A DNA stretch of 63,166 nucleotides. Source: Thermoproteota archaeon (GTDB lineage Archaea; Thermoproteota; Thermoprotei_A; Sulfolobales; Ignisphaeraceae). The stretch spans positions 1 through 63,166 of the forward strand of contig JAADCV010000100.1 of assembly GCA_013154235.1 (NCBI GenBank), read 5' to 3'. Shown here in pieces: positions 18,665 to 28,167 of the stretch. A program made the translations under genes and the position numbers. Position 1 is the stretch's first letter; each line of letters begins with the position of its first letter. The notes under the pieces are model-generated. The model was not told where the DNA came from. It did not search any database and saw nothing but the letters and a program-made list of their open reading frames with translations.

Positions 18665-19467
18665 CGAGAACCACCAAAGATCTCGCGAAGCGACCTAAGG
18701 GTGTCTTCAGCAGCCCTATACGGATGACCTCTATAGGGAGGAACCTCGGCTACAACATAGCCGCTGTATCCAAGTTCTCGGAGCCTGCGCGATACTGCAC
18801 TCCAGTTAACATCTCCGGTCAGCGGTATGCCGAACCTTAGCTCGGCAATGCTAAAGTCCTTCACGTGTATCTGCGCAATCAGGTCAGCGCCGAGCACGTC
18901 TATCCAGTGCTCTGGCAAGCTGTGCGGAAGAGTGTTACCCACATCAAGATACACCTTAACGTTGTCCGCGCTAACTCTCTCAATAACTACCTTCATCTCG
19001 AGGGGCGAGCCAAGGATTCTATTCCATACGTTCTCGACACCTACGGTAACGCTGCTGCCTCGAGCTATTGAGCTAGCTCTCTTGAGGAAATCAACAAGTC
19101 TGCTTAGACACTCGTCGAACTTCATCTCCGAAAGCCCAGTACCGGGGACTACAAGGATAGTCCTAGCTTCAACTATCTCCGCAGCGCGGCACAGCTTTCT
19201 AACTATCTTTAGAGCTCCCTCCGCATCTCTCAGCGGGTTTACTCTCCAAAAGAGCCCCGTCGCAACACTCGGCACATCTATTCCCACATCGCTTGACGCC
19301 TTCCTAATGCTACGCCATAGCGCATCGAAGTCAGTGTCCGATAGCTGTAGTTGCTCTAGTGTGAGGGCGGGCTCAAAGCCGTCGTATCCAAGGGTCTTCG
19401 CGGCATTGATAGCGTCTTCGGTGCTTACCCCCTTGGGAAAGCTCCAGACGTTTATCCCGAACTTCAA
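18661..19467 (-). CDS. Sugar phosphate isomerase/epimerase (AP endonuclease 2-type TIM barrel)
   Basis: GYDGFE, VENVWN, YLDVGN, IHVKDF, GDVNW, VAE metal ligands. Confidence 0.9.
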   Translation of the reverse strand: MKFGINVWSFPKGVSTEDAINAAKTLGYDGFEPALTLEQLQLSDTDFDALWRSIRKASSDVGIDVPSVATGLFWRVNPLRDAEGALKIVRKLCRAAEIVEARTILVVPGTGLSEMKFDECLSRLVDFLKRASSIARGSSVTVGVENVWNRILGSPLEMKVVIERVSADNVKVYLDVGNTLPHSLPEHWIDVLGADLIAQIHVKDFSIAELRFGIPLTGDVNWSAVSRRLRELGYSGYVVAEVPPYRGHPYRAAEDTLRSLREIFGGSR

Positions 19468-19554
19468 GTACTCACCGTGAAGCTAGGTTGTTGGGTCTAG
19501 GAATAAGATGCTCGCTAAGTAATGTAGTTACGCGTTACTACGGCGCTTATGACT

Positions 19555-20847
19555 CTATGAGAGTGCCTCGAGAAGCATCTCCTCAACTCGGGGATACTCG
19601 CTAGGGTCTACTATCGAGACCATAGTCTCGTAGCACTGAATGTTCTCGTAGCTCTTGTGAGGAAAGTACCCTAGGTACCCGTTGGAGTACCCAACCACTA
19701 TGACCTCCTTACCCTTCTCCCTAGCGCGCCTCTTCGCCTCTAGCTGGTACTCCACGAACAACTCACCCGGAAAGAATATCGCTAGTATTCTATCCCCTAT
19801 CCTAACAACGCCTAGCTCCACATCGACAGTGCTCGGCACCCCCTCAGCGAGTCGCTTCAGCAGAACCTCTATTGCATACAGCTTGCTTAGAAGCGCTCTC
19901 AGAACACCCTTGGGAACGTTACTCCTTCTAGCGCTCTCAATCTCGCTAACCACACGAGATTTCATCTCTTCAAGCTCATCCTTTCTAGGGAGGCTCCTAG
20001 ACCTAAGGCTCTTTCTCAGATACGTGATGTCGAGACACCCAACACAGTTAACCCTACACCCCCTAGAGATCACCGACGATACGATTGCGCTAGAGAGCTT
20101 TCTGCCCATCCTAGCAACCTCATCAAAGCCGTATCCCATTCGGGAGAACCTAGTGCTAACGTTTCCAGCCGCACCATTACATATCATTGCCACACCACCG
20201 AGAGCCTCCTCAACTTCCTGCGCTGCAAATCCGAAGAAGTCCCCGGAGTAGAGCGTGTTTATCGCTCCTAGTATCGTGGGGTGGCACGCGAAGTTAGCTA
20301 CTATAGCCACGAGCCTCCCACGGCTCCAGACGCTCGCTAGCGCAACCTCCTCGTCTACCGGCCGCCTAGGGTCTATCCTATTTGTTGCAACCTCCTTCAC
20401 GAGCCCCCGGGACACCCTGAGCTCGCTAGCCTCAGCTCTCTCCATAGCTTCGAGAGCAGCGCTAGCGCATCTAGTAGCTACGAACCTTATGTATCTACCA
20501 ATATCGCTTCTCTTCAGGGATATGTCCTGCGTAGCCCACATACTCAAGCTAACTTCGGGACCCGCATGGGTATGCGTAGCCGCAACGAACACATCCCTAA
20601 TCCCCGTCGCTGACGAAACGCTCCTCCTAACCTCCTCGAGCAGCATTCCCTCGACTCTTATAAGATCCAAAACAAGGAGGAGGAGCTCGGTTCTTCCATC
20701 GTCTAGATAGAGAGCTCTAGCAAACAACGGATCGTGCGCTCCTACTGCTAGTCCCTTACGCTCAAGGTAGCCCGCCATCGGCAGGCCCGGCGGGGGAGTG
20801 ATATCTATTCTCGCTGCTCCGCACCTCAAAACCATAGAGGGCTTCAC
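19555..20847 (-). CDS. Neutral/alkaline ceramidase-like amidohydrolase
   Basis: DITPP, HDPLFARAL, ATHTHAGP, NFACHPT, GAAGN, PGELF, GYSNGYLGY. Confidence 0.85.
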   Translation of the reverse strand: MKPSMVLRCGAARIDITPPPGLPMAGYLERKGLAVGAHDPLFARALYLDDGRTELLLLVLDLIRVEGMLLEEVRRSVSSATGIRDVFVAATHTHAGPEVSLSMWATQDISLKRSDIGRYIRFVATRCASAALEAMERAEASELRVSRGLVKEVATNRIDPRRPVDEEVALASVWSRGRLVAIVANFACHPTILGAINTLYSGDFFGFAAQEVEEALGGVAMICNGAAGNVSTRFSRMGYGFDEVARMGRKLSSAIVSSVISRGCRVNCVGCLDITYLRKSLRSRSLPRKDELEEMKSRVVSEIESARRSNVPKGVLRALLSKLYAIEVLLKRLAEGVPSTVDVELGVVRIGDRILAIFFPGELFVEYQLEAKRRAREKGKEVIVVGYSNGYLGYFPHKSYENIQCYETMVSIVDPSEYPRVEEMLLEALS

Positions 20848-21074
20848 CTACACATTCCTCGGGACTTTGTTCTCGGTTGAATAGATAACCTTGAGACAAC
20901 AACTGTGGGTGCCTTCCATGTAAAGCTACAACCGCTCATCTAGACGCATTTCACAGATAATTCCCGGTAAGTAACTAAAGTACCTCGGAGGAAGCTATGA
21001 GAAGAATACACAAGAGTTGCCCAACTATAGGAGCAGGAAGCTAGAGAAGGTCGCTATAAAAAGGTAGCTCAGTC

Positions 21075-21407
21075 TCATATCCTAACCTTTATCACTCCCT
21101 TCTTAGCGAGGCTCGTCACAAGCCTCCAGAACCTCCCCTCCGTAAGAAACCTAGTGTCGAAGCCCTGATCCTCTAGGTACTCCTTTACGGCATCGAATAG
21201 CGAGTCTATGTTGCCCCTCGTTATCACCCCTCCGCAAACCTCCTTTATCGCTTCAGCAACATCCTCATTGCTAGGAAAAGGCCTCTTGCTTCCGCTCCTG
21301 CGGTGTCTCTCGAGCTCGCTACGCTCGTATTCCTCAACCTCTTTAAGAACATCCTCTGGAACCATGCTCATTAGCTTCTCGAGCTCCTTAACTCCACGGC
21401 TTTCCAC
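21075..21407 (-). CDS. Hypothetical protein
   Basis: GGTG SD, host-like composition. Confidence 0.7.
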   Translation of the reverse strand: MESRGVKELEKLMSMVPEDVLKEVEEYERSELERHRRSGSKRPFPSNEDVAEAIKEVCGGVITRGNIDSLFDAVKEYLEDQGFDTRFLTEGRFWRLVTSLAKKGVIKVRI

Positions 21408-21466
21408 AGCTTGAGCACCTCAGCTTATAGCTACCTACCCCTATTTCTATACCGCGGTAAATAGCA

Positions 21467-21781
21467 ATGGATCCTCAGAACCTCGAGGAGTTTAGCGGAT
21501 ACGTTCTCTACGGCAGGGACGCTAAGGATCTTCTTGAGAGGGTAGTGAGATTCGCTAGAGGCTGCGAGAAGCTAGTCTTTGATACGAGGCTCAGCGAGTT
21601 AGCGCGGGAGGTCTGCAAAGACGCTGTTGAATTAGTGGAGTTCAGCAGCCGTAGAGATGTCGAGGATTGCCTTTCTAAAGGTAAGTATGCTGTGATACTC
21701 CTGAGACCCCCTATAGATGGTATTGAGAGTATAGCCCTCATTGTCGGTCGCGCTACTGAGAAGAGTAAGCGTAGGCACTAG
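21467..21781 (+). CDS. Hypothetical protein
   Basis: ATG ORF divergent from previous gene. Confidence 0.6.
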   Translation: MDPQNLEEFSGYVLYGRDAKDLLERVVRFARGCEKLVFDTRLSELAREVCKDAVELVEFSSRRDVEDCLSKGKYAVILLRPPIDGIESIALIVGRATEKSKRRH

Positions 21782-21839
21782 ACGCATACCTTTTCTAAGT
21801 CCTGCTCCCACTATACACGCAGCTGAAGTCTAGGCAAAG

Positions 21840-22262
21840 GTGGTTCGTGTGCCCAACATAGCGTTTAGAATCGAGAGCATAAGGGCGGAGAGATACAACT
21901 TCGATACCGTTGAGACTCTCGGAATAAACATGCAGATCATGCTCGGCAAGCCCGAGAAGAGCTCTGACACGACGTACAGCTACGGGTTTCTGGTTAAGGT
22001 GGACTGCCTACCTCCAATAGCCTCCATAGACATAAGAGGAACACTCTTCGTAACCCCGCAGTCTAAGGAGGAGGTTGAGATGATAGAGAAGAGCTCTAGA
22101 GAGGGAACCCCTCCACCACCACTGATAATGGCTGTCTACAGCTATGTGCTCCCCCTAGCAGCTCTACTGGCGAGGGAGCTAGGCCTTCCTCCGCCTTGCC
22201 CACCTCCCCAGCCTCAGCAACCTCAGTCGCCTCAGCGCATGCAGCCTGGCTACCACGTCTAA
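21840..22262 (+). CDS. Conserved archaeal hypothetical protein (SecB-like pattern), P/Q-rich tail
   Basis: Beta-rich N-terminus, helix ending ARELGLPPP. Confidence 0.7.
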   Translation: MVRVPNIAFRIESIRAERYNFDTVETLGINMQIMLGKPEKSSDTTYSYGFLVKVDCLPPIASIDIRGTLFVTPQSKEEVEMIEKSSREGTPPPPLIMAVYSYVLPLAALLARELGLPPPCPPPQPQQPQSPQRMQPGYHV

Positions 22263-22294
22263 GCCCAGCTGTCTGAGCCCTTAGGTGAAACCTC

Positions 22295-23185
22295 ATGAGG
22301 ATGCTTTCGGATTGCTTAGCTTGCTTAGCGGTAGTGAGAATGAAGGATGTTCACAAACTGTTCAACGATGAGCAAAAGAGGTACGAGGTAGCCTCGACAG
22401 TCATATCCATGATAAAGAATCTGGCGATCGATAGAGGAATCTCTAGCTCCCCAAGGGTTGCCACTGCCATATTTAGGTGGCTCAAGAGAGTCAGCGGTGT
22501 CAGCGATCCTTATGCTAGCGAGAAGAAGCTAGCTGACGAAAACGCTTTGAGAATCTATAGAGAACTGAGGCGCTCAGTTATAGAGGCTAGCCCCCGTGAA
22601 CGGCTCTACAAAGCAATATCCCTTTCAGCTGCTGGCAATGCTCTTGACCTGGGCGTAGCTACATACCATCCGCCTAGCGTGGAGGAGGTAGCTACCTTAG
22701 CTAAGAGGAAGCCGCCGGTAGGTGTGGAGAGTTGCATAGATGCGCTACTCAAGGCTAGGCGTATAGCTGTAATCCTAGATAACGCTGGAGAGGCTGTGCT
22801 TGACAGACTTCTTGGAGACGCACTACTGTCTCTGAATAAGGAGGTTGTAGCGATAGTCAAGTCTGGAGCCTTTCAAAACGATGAGACTATGAATGATATT
22901 AGGAACTCAATGCTATACGAGAGTTTTAGCGAGGTTCTTCCTACCGGAACTGATGCTGCTAGCATATTTCTAGAGGAGATCAGCGAGCGTACGCTAGAAG
23001 CATTGAGAAGCAGCGATATCATAGTATCGAAGGGAATGGCTAACTACGAGTACATTAGCGACGTCGAGGAGCTTCTGGGCAAGCCCGTTATATACGTGCT
23101 TATAGCTAAGTGCAGGCCCATAGCGCTGAGCCTAGGCGTTGAGACAATGACCCTCGTAGCGAGGCTATCACGCCCCACAGCTTAA
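22295..23185 (+). CDS. DUF89/ARMT1-like damage-control phosphatase
   Basis: CxxC N-terminus, DPY..K, AGNALD, LDNAGE, ND, SKGMANYE, AKC. Confidence 0.9.
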   Translation: MRMLSDCLACLAVVRMKDVHKLFNDEQKRYEVASTVISMIKNLAIDRGISSSPRVATAIFRWLKRVSGVSDPYASEKKLADENALRIYRELRRSVIEASPRERLYKAISLSAAGNALDLGVATYHPPSVEEVATLAKRKPPVGVESCIDALLKARRIAVILDNAGEAVLDRLLGDALLSLNKEVVAIVKSGAFQNDETMNDIRNSMLYESFSEVLPTGTDAASIFLEEISERTLEALRSSDIIVSKGMANYEYISDVEELLGKPVIYVLIAKCRPIALSLGVETMTLVARLSRPTA

Positions 23186-23224
23186 CAGCGTGACTAGAGA
23201 CAACAGTCTCGTGGGGACTAGGTC

Positions 23225-23611
23225 TTGAATGCTTGCGTTGAGGAGCAGCTGAGGATCATTAAGTCGGCGGGAACGCCGCTCTACCTAGAGGTCGTCAAGG
23301 CAATAGCGTCGCTATGCGGCGTGGATCCATACAGGCTTTGGGAGTGGATCGCATCTAGATCCTCTATACGTGCTGCTGCACCGCAAGTTTCGAGACCTCA
23401 AGCTCAAGCACAGCAGCGGGCTTCCGGTGCGTGCTGGAGATGCCCCGCGTGCGGAAGAACCTTCGAGTCTCCATCGAAGCTAGCTAGTCACATCCTCTAC
23501 TTCCTTAGAAAGAGAGATTATGCACATATAAAGCTGTATAAGGAGATTAAGAAGAAAGTGGAGGAAACCGGTAAGACATTTACGAAAGTCGTGGAAGAAT
23601 TTACTTGCTAG
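23225..23611 (+). CDS. C2H2-type zinc finger protein
   Basis: CPACGRTF...LASH...H. Confidence 0.7.
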   Translation: MNACVEEQLRIIKSAGTPLYLEVVKAIASLCGVDPYRLWEWIASRSSIRAAAPQVSRPQAQAQQRASGACWRCPACGRTFESPSKLASHILYFLRKRDYAHIKLYKEIKKKVEETGKTFTKVVEEFTC

Positions 23612-24119
23612 TTCTAGATTTTGCAAACCTTATCTTGTACGCTGTATAAGCGCTTCCACCAACTAGTAGGAGCGCTGCTCCCACAACCATGAAGAGAAGC
23701 GCTGGGAGACTCAGCCATGCGTACTTGGTCTGCACATAGTAGAAACTTAGTGTTAGCGCTGCAGTACAGCTCTCGTTAGCCCCGATCACGATTCTAGGAG
23801 CAACGAACCTCTCTAACCCACGTATAACGGTCTCGTTATACACGCGAACCTCCTTAACTACCCTACCCCTACCAATCTTCTCTACGATCTCCAGGTTCAG
23901 CGGTCTGCAATCCGTCTTAACAAACAACGTGATGTTTTTGGAGAACGCTCCGGTGATAGCCCAGATGTCGAGAGTGCTACTATGGTTAGGAGCTACAGAG
24001 TAAGTTTGCTCATACGTTCTGTGCACTGCGGAGGAGCCGCTCATGGCGGCGAATGACAGCACTAGCGCTAGCACTAGCAACCCTATGCCTATCAGCGCTA
24101 TCGTTAGATACCTGTTCAA
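23601..24119 (-). CDS. Membrane protein (N- and C-terminal TM)
   Basis: Two TM segments flanking a beta-rich domain. Confidence 0.7.
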   Translation of the reverse strand: MNRYLTIALIGIGLLVLALVLSFAAMSGSSAVHRTYEQTYSVAPNHSSTLDIWAITGAFSKNITLFVKTDCRPLNLEIVEKIGRGRVVKEVRVYNETVIRGLERFVAPRIVIGANESCTAALTLSFYYVQTKYAWLSLPALLFMVVGAALLLVGGSAYTAYKIRFAKSRTSK

Positions 24120-24171
24120 GGCTCACCATCTGTGTAAGGGGAGGCAAACTAAGTTTAAGAGCGTTAAGGCG

Positions 24172-24903
24172 TTAAGCGCGCCTAGCAATCCTAGCGAGCG
24201 CCCGTACAGCATCTATGAAGGAGCGCGGAGCCGTAACGATAACACCGTCCACTAGATCTCGTAAACACTCAATGAACTCCTCCACCTCTTCAATTGTAAA
24301 GACCTTTTGGTGCCCCTTAAGCATCTCGAAGACTATGCTCCTTTCGCTCTCGCTAGATACGACAAGGTACGGCACAACCCTAACCCCTCTTCTCCTAGCA
24401 CTACTGAAGACACTGTGCATCAGTTGCTCAGGGCGCCAGAGCCTCGTGACGAGCACAAAGTCTATGCTTAGCCCTAGGAGCCTCTCGCTTATCTCTGCGT
24501 ACCCTTTAGCTAGGCTAACTATAGCTCCTAGCCTAAGGTGCTGTACTCTTCTATCCGACCTAGCTAGCCTAACAGCGTCCTCCGTACCAATATCATCAAC
24601 AGCGCTTCCAAACACTGGAGGATCTCCGCGGGTAACCACAACGCCATCGATATCGAGCAGCACTGCTGCCCCGAGAAGCGATAGAAGTGCGTTAGCGTTG
24701 ACATCGCGCGTCCTCACGCTTGCAAAGGCTCTCAGCCCCGACAGCTCCTTCACAACGTGAGCTACCGCAACCGAATGAGCTCGAGGATAGCCTAGGGGCG
24801 CCTCAGGAATGAATACTGCATCAACAAGGTCTCTGACCAGAGACACCTTCTCGAGTATTCGCTCCCTTCTAGTGCTAGGCACGAGCTCTATCCATAGCTC
24901 CAC
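24172..24903 (-). CDS. Methylenetetrahydrofolate reductase-like (short MetF family)
   Basis: IELVP, IPEAPLG, VRTRDVN, TRGDPP. Confidence 0.75.
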   Translation of the reverse strand: MELWIELVPSTRRERILEKVSLVRDLVDAVFIPEAPLGYPRAHSVAVAHVVKELSGLRAFASVRTRDVNANALLSLLGAAVLLDIDGVVVTRGDPPVFGSAVDDIGTEDAVRLARSDRRVQHLRLGAIVSLAKGYAEISERLLGLSIDFVLVTRLWRPEQLMHSVFSSARRRGVRVVPYLVVSSESERSIVFEMLKGHQKVFTIEEVEEFIECLRDLVDGVIVTAPRSFIDAVRALARIARRA

Positions 24904-25000
24904 AAGGTAGCACCTACAAATGAAGAAAGGATTGGAGAACTACCTATCTCTCGCTTATAACAGTTAAAGAGGTTTTAACGTGTTTTGCCGTGCATCAACG

Positions 25001-26461
25001 CTACTTCTTAACTAGCTCAAAGCCCACCTTCCTCCTAGAGAATGGGTACGTCACGATACCGTACCACACCGCTGCGCTCTCAAAAAGCCCTGCTAGAGGC
25101 GCTAGTATCAATGCTGCTAGCCTTATCGAGTTCTTGACCTTGGCTGGGATAGGAAGGTGCCACGTATTTATCTTGCATCCCTCCCAGTACATGTAGAGCC
25201 ACACCGCCATCAACAGCCCTAGGAACGGCGTCATAGCTATCGTTGGCAGCGGGGTTGGCATAACGAGGTTCAGTATGCTTATAACAGCCGCTGGAAGACC
25301 ACCGAGCCAAAGCAAGTAGTTTAGCCCAACAAGAAACTTGTTCTTCGCATCTATGTCTCGATGCCTGAGGATATCTATTATGCCCCAGACCCATCGGCGA
25401 CGCTGCTTAAAGAAGTCGACTACGCTAAACGGGCTCTGCTCATAGAGCTTACCCCTCAGCCATCCCCAGACCCTACCTACTCTAGAGGAACTCATTAGTC
25501 CGAAGATGAGGTCCTCTGCCATAACGGGGCCGAAGTCCCATCCAACCTTATCCTCTAGATCCGTCCTTATCAGCATGTGCGAGCCGTGAACAGCGAATAG
25601 GGGTCTGCCGTACTCGTACTGGAATCTCATCAGCGTAACGTCTTGAAGAGGTCTAACGCTATCGAATATGCTTGGAAGAACGCTCTTACCCCAGAAGTTG
25701 CTGTACACAACAAGTCCCTGAGCAGCCATCTTTCCATGTTCTTGGGCCCCCTCTATGAACTCGACGATGCTGAGTATCGTATCCTCTCCAACCACACTCT
25801 CCTCATCCATTAAGTAAACCCACGTCCTATCGTTTACGTAGCCTAGCCTCCTTCTAACATCAAGTGCGTAGCACAGCGCTCTCGCCTTGAACAGCGTTCC
25901 CTTAGGGGTTCGGTAACTCCTAGGTACGTAGATTACCCTTAGCTTATCTCCGAGGCTCCTCTTCAGCTCCTCGAAGAAGAGCTTAGAGCTCTTAGGCGCA
26001 TCCTCCTCCGTAACAACCCATATCTCGAAATTCTTAAGGTATTGCGGGGCCCAGTGCATAACCGATAGAACTCCCCTTCTAACTGCATCGACCTCTACGC
26101 CCCTAGTCACTATCTGGAATATGACCTTGTACTGCTTTCGTTGCTTAACTCTCTGCAGCCCGAAATCCTTCGAGGGATCAAATCTGTATATCGAGTACAC
26201 TATTATCAGAGAGATCGGTAGGTAGAACAGCCAGACGTACTTGAGGTACTGCAGCCATGAGGGTGCGCTAGCGCTGTACGGCACTGGATTCAGTATTGCT
26301 CCACCTATCGTAGCTGCCGAGCATGCAACGATGAACAGCGTGAACTCTAGCTTAGAGTAGTTAAGTCTCTTATGAACGTCGAGGACATAGTTGCGCCAGA
26401 ACTCCCCCTCGAACGCCTCGAGTATCCTCCTTAGTATCTCCTTAGCTCTCCGTATCATCAT
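25001..26461 (-). CDS. Membrane GT2 glycosyltransferase, egghead (beta-1,4-mannosyltransferase)-like
   Basis: KARALCYA, YLMDEES, HGS, AED, EQSPFSVVDFFKQRRRW; TATA about 25 nt upstream of ATG 26461. Confidence 0.85.
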   Translation of the reverse strand: MMIRRAKEILRRILEAFEGEFWRNYVLDVHKRLNYSKLEFTLFIVACSAATIGGAILNPVPYSASAPSWLQYLKYVWLFYLPISLIIVYSIYRFDPSKDFGLQRVKQRKQYKVIFQIVTRGVEVDAVRRGVLSVMHWAPQYLKNFEIWVVTEEDAPKSSKLFFEELKRSLGDKLRVIYVPRSYRTPKGTLFKARALCYALDVRRRLGYVNDRTWVYLMDEESVVGEDTILSIVEFIEGAQEHGKMAAQGLVVYSNFWGKSVLPSIFDSVRPLQDVTLMRFQYEYGRPLFAVHGSHMLIRTDLEDKVGWDFGPVMAEDLIFGLMSSSRVGRVWGWLRGKLYEQSPFSVVDFFKQRRRWVWGIIDILRHRDIDAKNKFLVGLNYLLWLGGLPAAVISILNLVMPTPLPTIAMTPFLGLLMAVWLYMYWEGCKINTWHLPIPAKVKNSIRLAALILAPLAGLFESAAVWYGIVTYPFSRRKVGFELVKK

Positions 26462-26531
26462 CAATGACTCAATTTCGAAAACCTTATATATTAAGCTTAA
26501 ACCCTTAGCCCGCTCTATCTGTATAGATGCG

Positions 26532-26587
26532 GAGATGAGGAGTCTTACGGCCACTGAAACGATGATGAACGCTAACTACACCGATCC
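26532..26587 (+). ncRNA. Box C/D guide sRNA
   Basis: ATGAGGA(26535)-GTCTTACGGCCA-CTGA(26554)-AACG-ATGATGA(26562)-ACGCTAACTACA-CCGA(26581); both guides 12 nt. Confidence 0.8.
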
Positions 26588-26670
26588 ACGTATCACAAGC
26601 TTACAAAACTATCTAGGGAACCTCATTTTTAAGTAGCTTGCTACGTGTTCTAGCTTCTTAGGTGTCTTAG

Positions 26671-27207
26671 TTGGCTACTGCGAGCAGCAGCGAAGAGATT
26701 ATAGAGCGCGTTAGCTCGATATGCAATAAGAGCCCAAGCGAAGTGAGGGCAGCAGTAGAAGGAGTTGGGATGAGTATTAGGATCAGAATACTGGAGCTTC
26801 TCTTAGAGCACGGTGCTCTAAGATTCAACTCGTTGCACAGAGAGCTTGGTGTATTCAAGGGAACTCTAAAGTGGCATCTTGAGAAGCTCGAGAGAGCGGG
26901 CATCATAGCTTCATTCAAGTTTCGAAACTCTAGGTACATATACATAAGGGGGCTGGAGTTTCGACTCATTAAAAAGCTCGTTAAGGACTATAGAAGGCGT
27001 AGGAGGAGAAGTAGGAGTAGCGATCTTGTGAACCTGCTTAGGGATATGTGCTTCAGCGATGATGTAGAGGATCTAGCGAGGAGGTACGGCGTTGAGGTGA
27101 GTGCTGTTGAATCTCTTCAGAGAATAGTTGTGTCCGCTTTTGGCAATGCTAGAGGAGATGATTGCTTCGTGCTACTGCAGTTGATGGCTATCTTCACTTC
27201 CTCCTAG
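26671..27207 (+). CDS. ArsR-like winged-helix regulator
   Basis: RIRILELL..GALRFNSLHRELGV.KGTLKWHLEKLERAGII. Confidence 0.78.
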   Translation: MATASSSEEIIERVSSICNKSPSEVRAAVEGVGMSIRIRILELLLEHGALRFNSLHRELGVFKGTLKWHLEKLERAGIIASFKFRNSRYIYIRGLEFRLIKKLVKDYRRRRRRSRSSDLVNLLRDMCFSDDVEDLARRYGVEVSAVESLQRIVVSAFGNARGDDCFVLLQLMAIFTSS

Positions 27208-27384
27208 CGCGAGCTCTAGGCTCCCTACCTTAGAGCCCTCAACCCACTTAACGCGTGCAATGCCTCTCGTGTTAGGTCCGTAGAACCTGTAGATCCACGT
27301 ATCCTTAGATTCCATGGATTCCAGCACCACTAACTCTACCGAATCCTTGACGATTCTAGAAATCATGTTTGCGAGGGGCTTCAC
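27172..27384 (-). CDS. Small hypothetical protein
   Basis: 70 aa ORF, GGTG upstream. Confidence 0.45.
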   Translation of the reverse strand: MKPLANMISRIVKDSVELVVLESMESKDTWIYRFYGPNTRGIARVKWVEGSKVGSLELALGGSEDSHQLQ

Positions 27385-27481
27385 CGTATCACCGGAAATA
27401 ACAGCTCCCTTGCGACTGAAAGCATCTCCACATATAGTTCTCGCGCCTAGCTATGTTACGCTAGGTACTATGTTGGGCATA

Positions 27482-27537
27482 CGGATGATGAGCCTTTCCC
27501 TCATCCGATTGGTGAGGATAGCAACCCGTGCTGACGC
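27482..27537 (+). ncRNA. Box C/D guide sRNA (23S rRNA target candidate)
   Basis: ATGATGA(27485)-GCCTTTCCCTCAT-CCGA-TTG-GTGAGGA-TAGCAACCCGTG-CTGA(27531); D' guide complementary to conserved LSU GUGAGGGAAAG. Confidence 0.82.
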
Positions 27538-27576
27538 TGATAAGCTAGCTCTGTACGCGTATGAAGGGGATAGGTT

Positions 27577-28167
27577 TTGAAGGCGATAGGCATCTCGGGA
27601 ACACCCGGTGTTGGGAAGAGCACGGTTGCTGAGCTCGTATCTAAGAAGCTAGGCATCCCAAGAGTTGATCTATCGAGGGTAGTTATAGAAAGAAGGTTGT
27701 ATACAGAGTTCGACGAAGTGCGGGGTAGCTACGTTATCGATGAGGATGCTGTGAGGAAGTACCTCAGGGATCTCTATAGCAGTATAGGGCCTTTCGTGCT
27801 CGATAGCCACTACGCTGAAGTTGCTCCGCGAGAGATACTGGAGATTGTTGTTGTGATAAGGCTGGATCCGATGAAGCTGATAGATAGGCTCGTCGCTAGA
27901 GGCTGGCCTATGAGGAAGATAGCTGAGAATGTTGAAGCAGAGCTCCTCTCCGTTCCAACGCTGAACGCTGTTGAGGAGCTAGGCGAGGAGCTAGTTCTCG
28001 AGATAGACTCTACTGGTAAGAACGCTGAGATTGTTGCTAGCGAAGCTCTGTCTGTCATCTTCGGGGATCTCCCTATTGAGCTAGGCCACAGAATAGACTG
28101 GTTGTCGCAGCTTCCACCCGAGCGATTGGAGCGTGTTCTGAGGTTCATTGAGACACATCGAGGCTAG
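27577..28167 (+). CDS. Adenylate kinase 6 / Fap7-family NTPase
   Basis: ISGTPGVGKS, LDSH, RGW..KIAENVEAE, IDW. Confidence 0.9.
   Translation: MKAIGISGTPGVGKSTVAELVSKKLGIPRVDLSRVVIERRLYTEFDEVRGSYVIDEDAVRKYLRDLYSSIGPFVLDSHYAEVAPREILEIVVVIRLDPMKLIDRLVARGWPMRKIAENVEAELLSVPTLNAVEELGEELVLEIDSTGKNAEIVASEALSVIFGDLPIELGHRIDWLSQLPPERLERVLRFIETHRG

Noticed and set aside
26462..26554. Track's longer N-terminus for the GT2
   Set aside because: Spans the TATA box and the opposite-strand C/D sRNA; the real start is about 26461.
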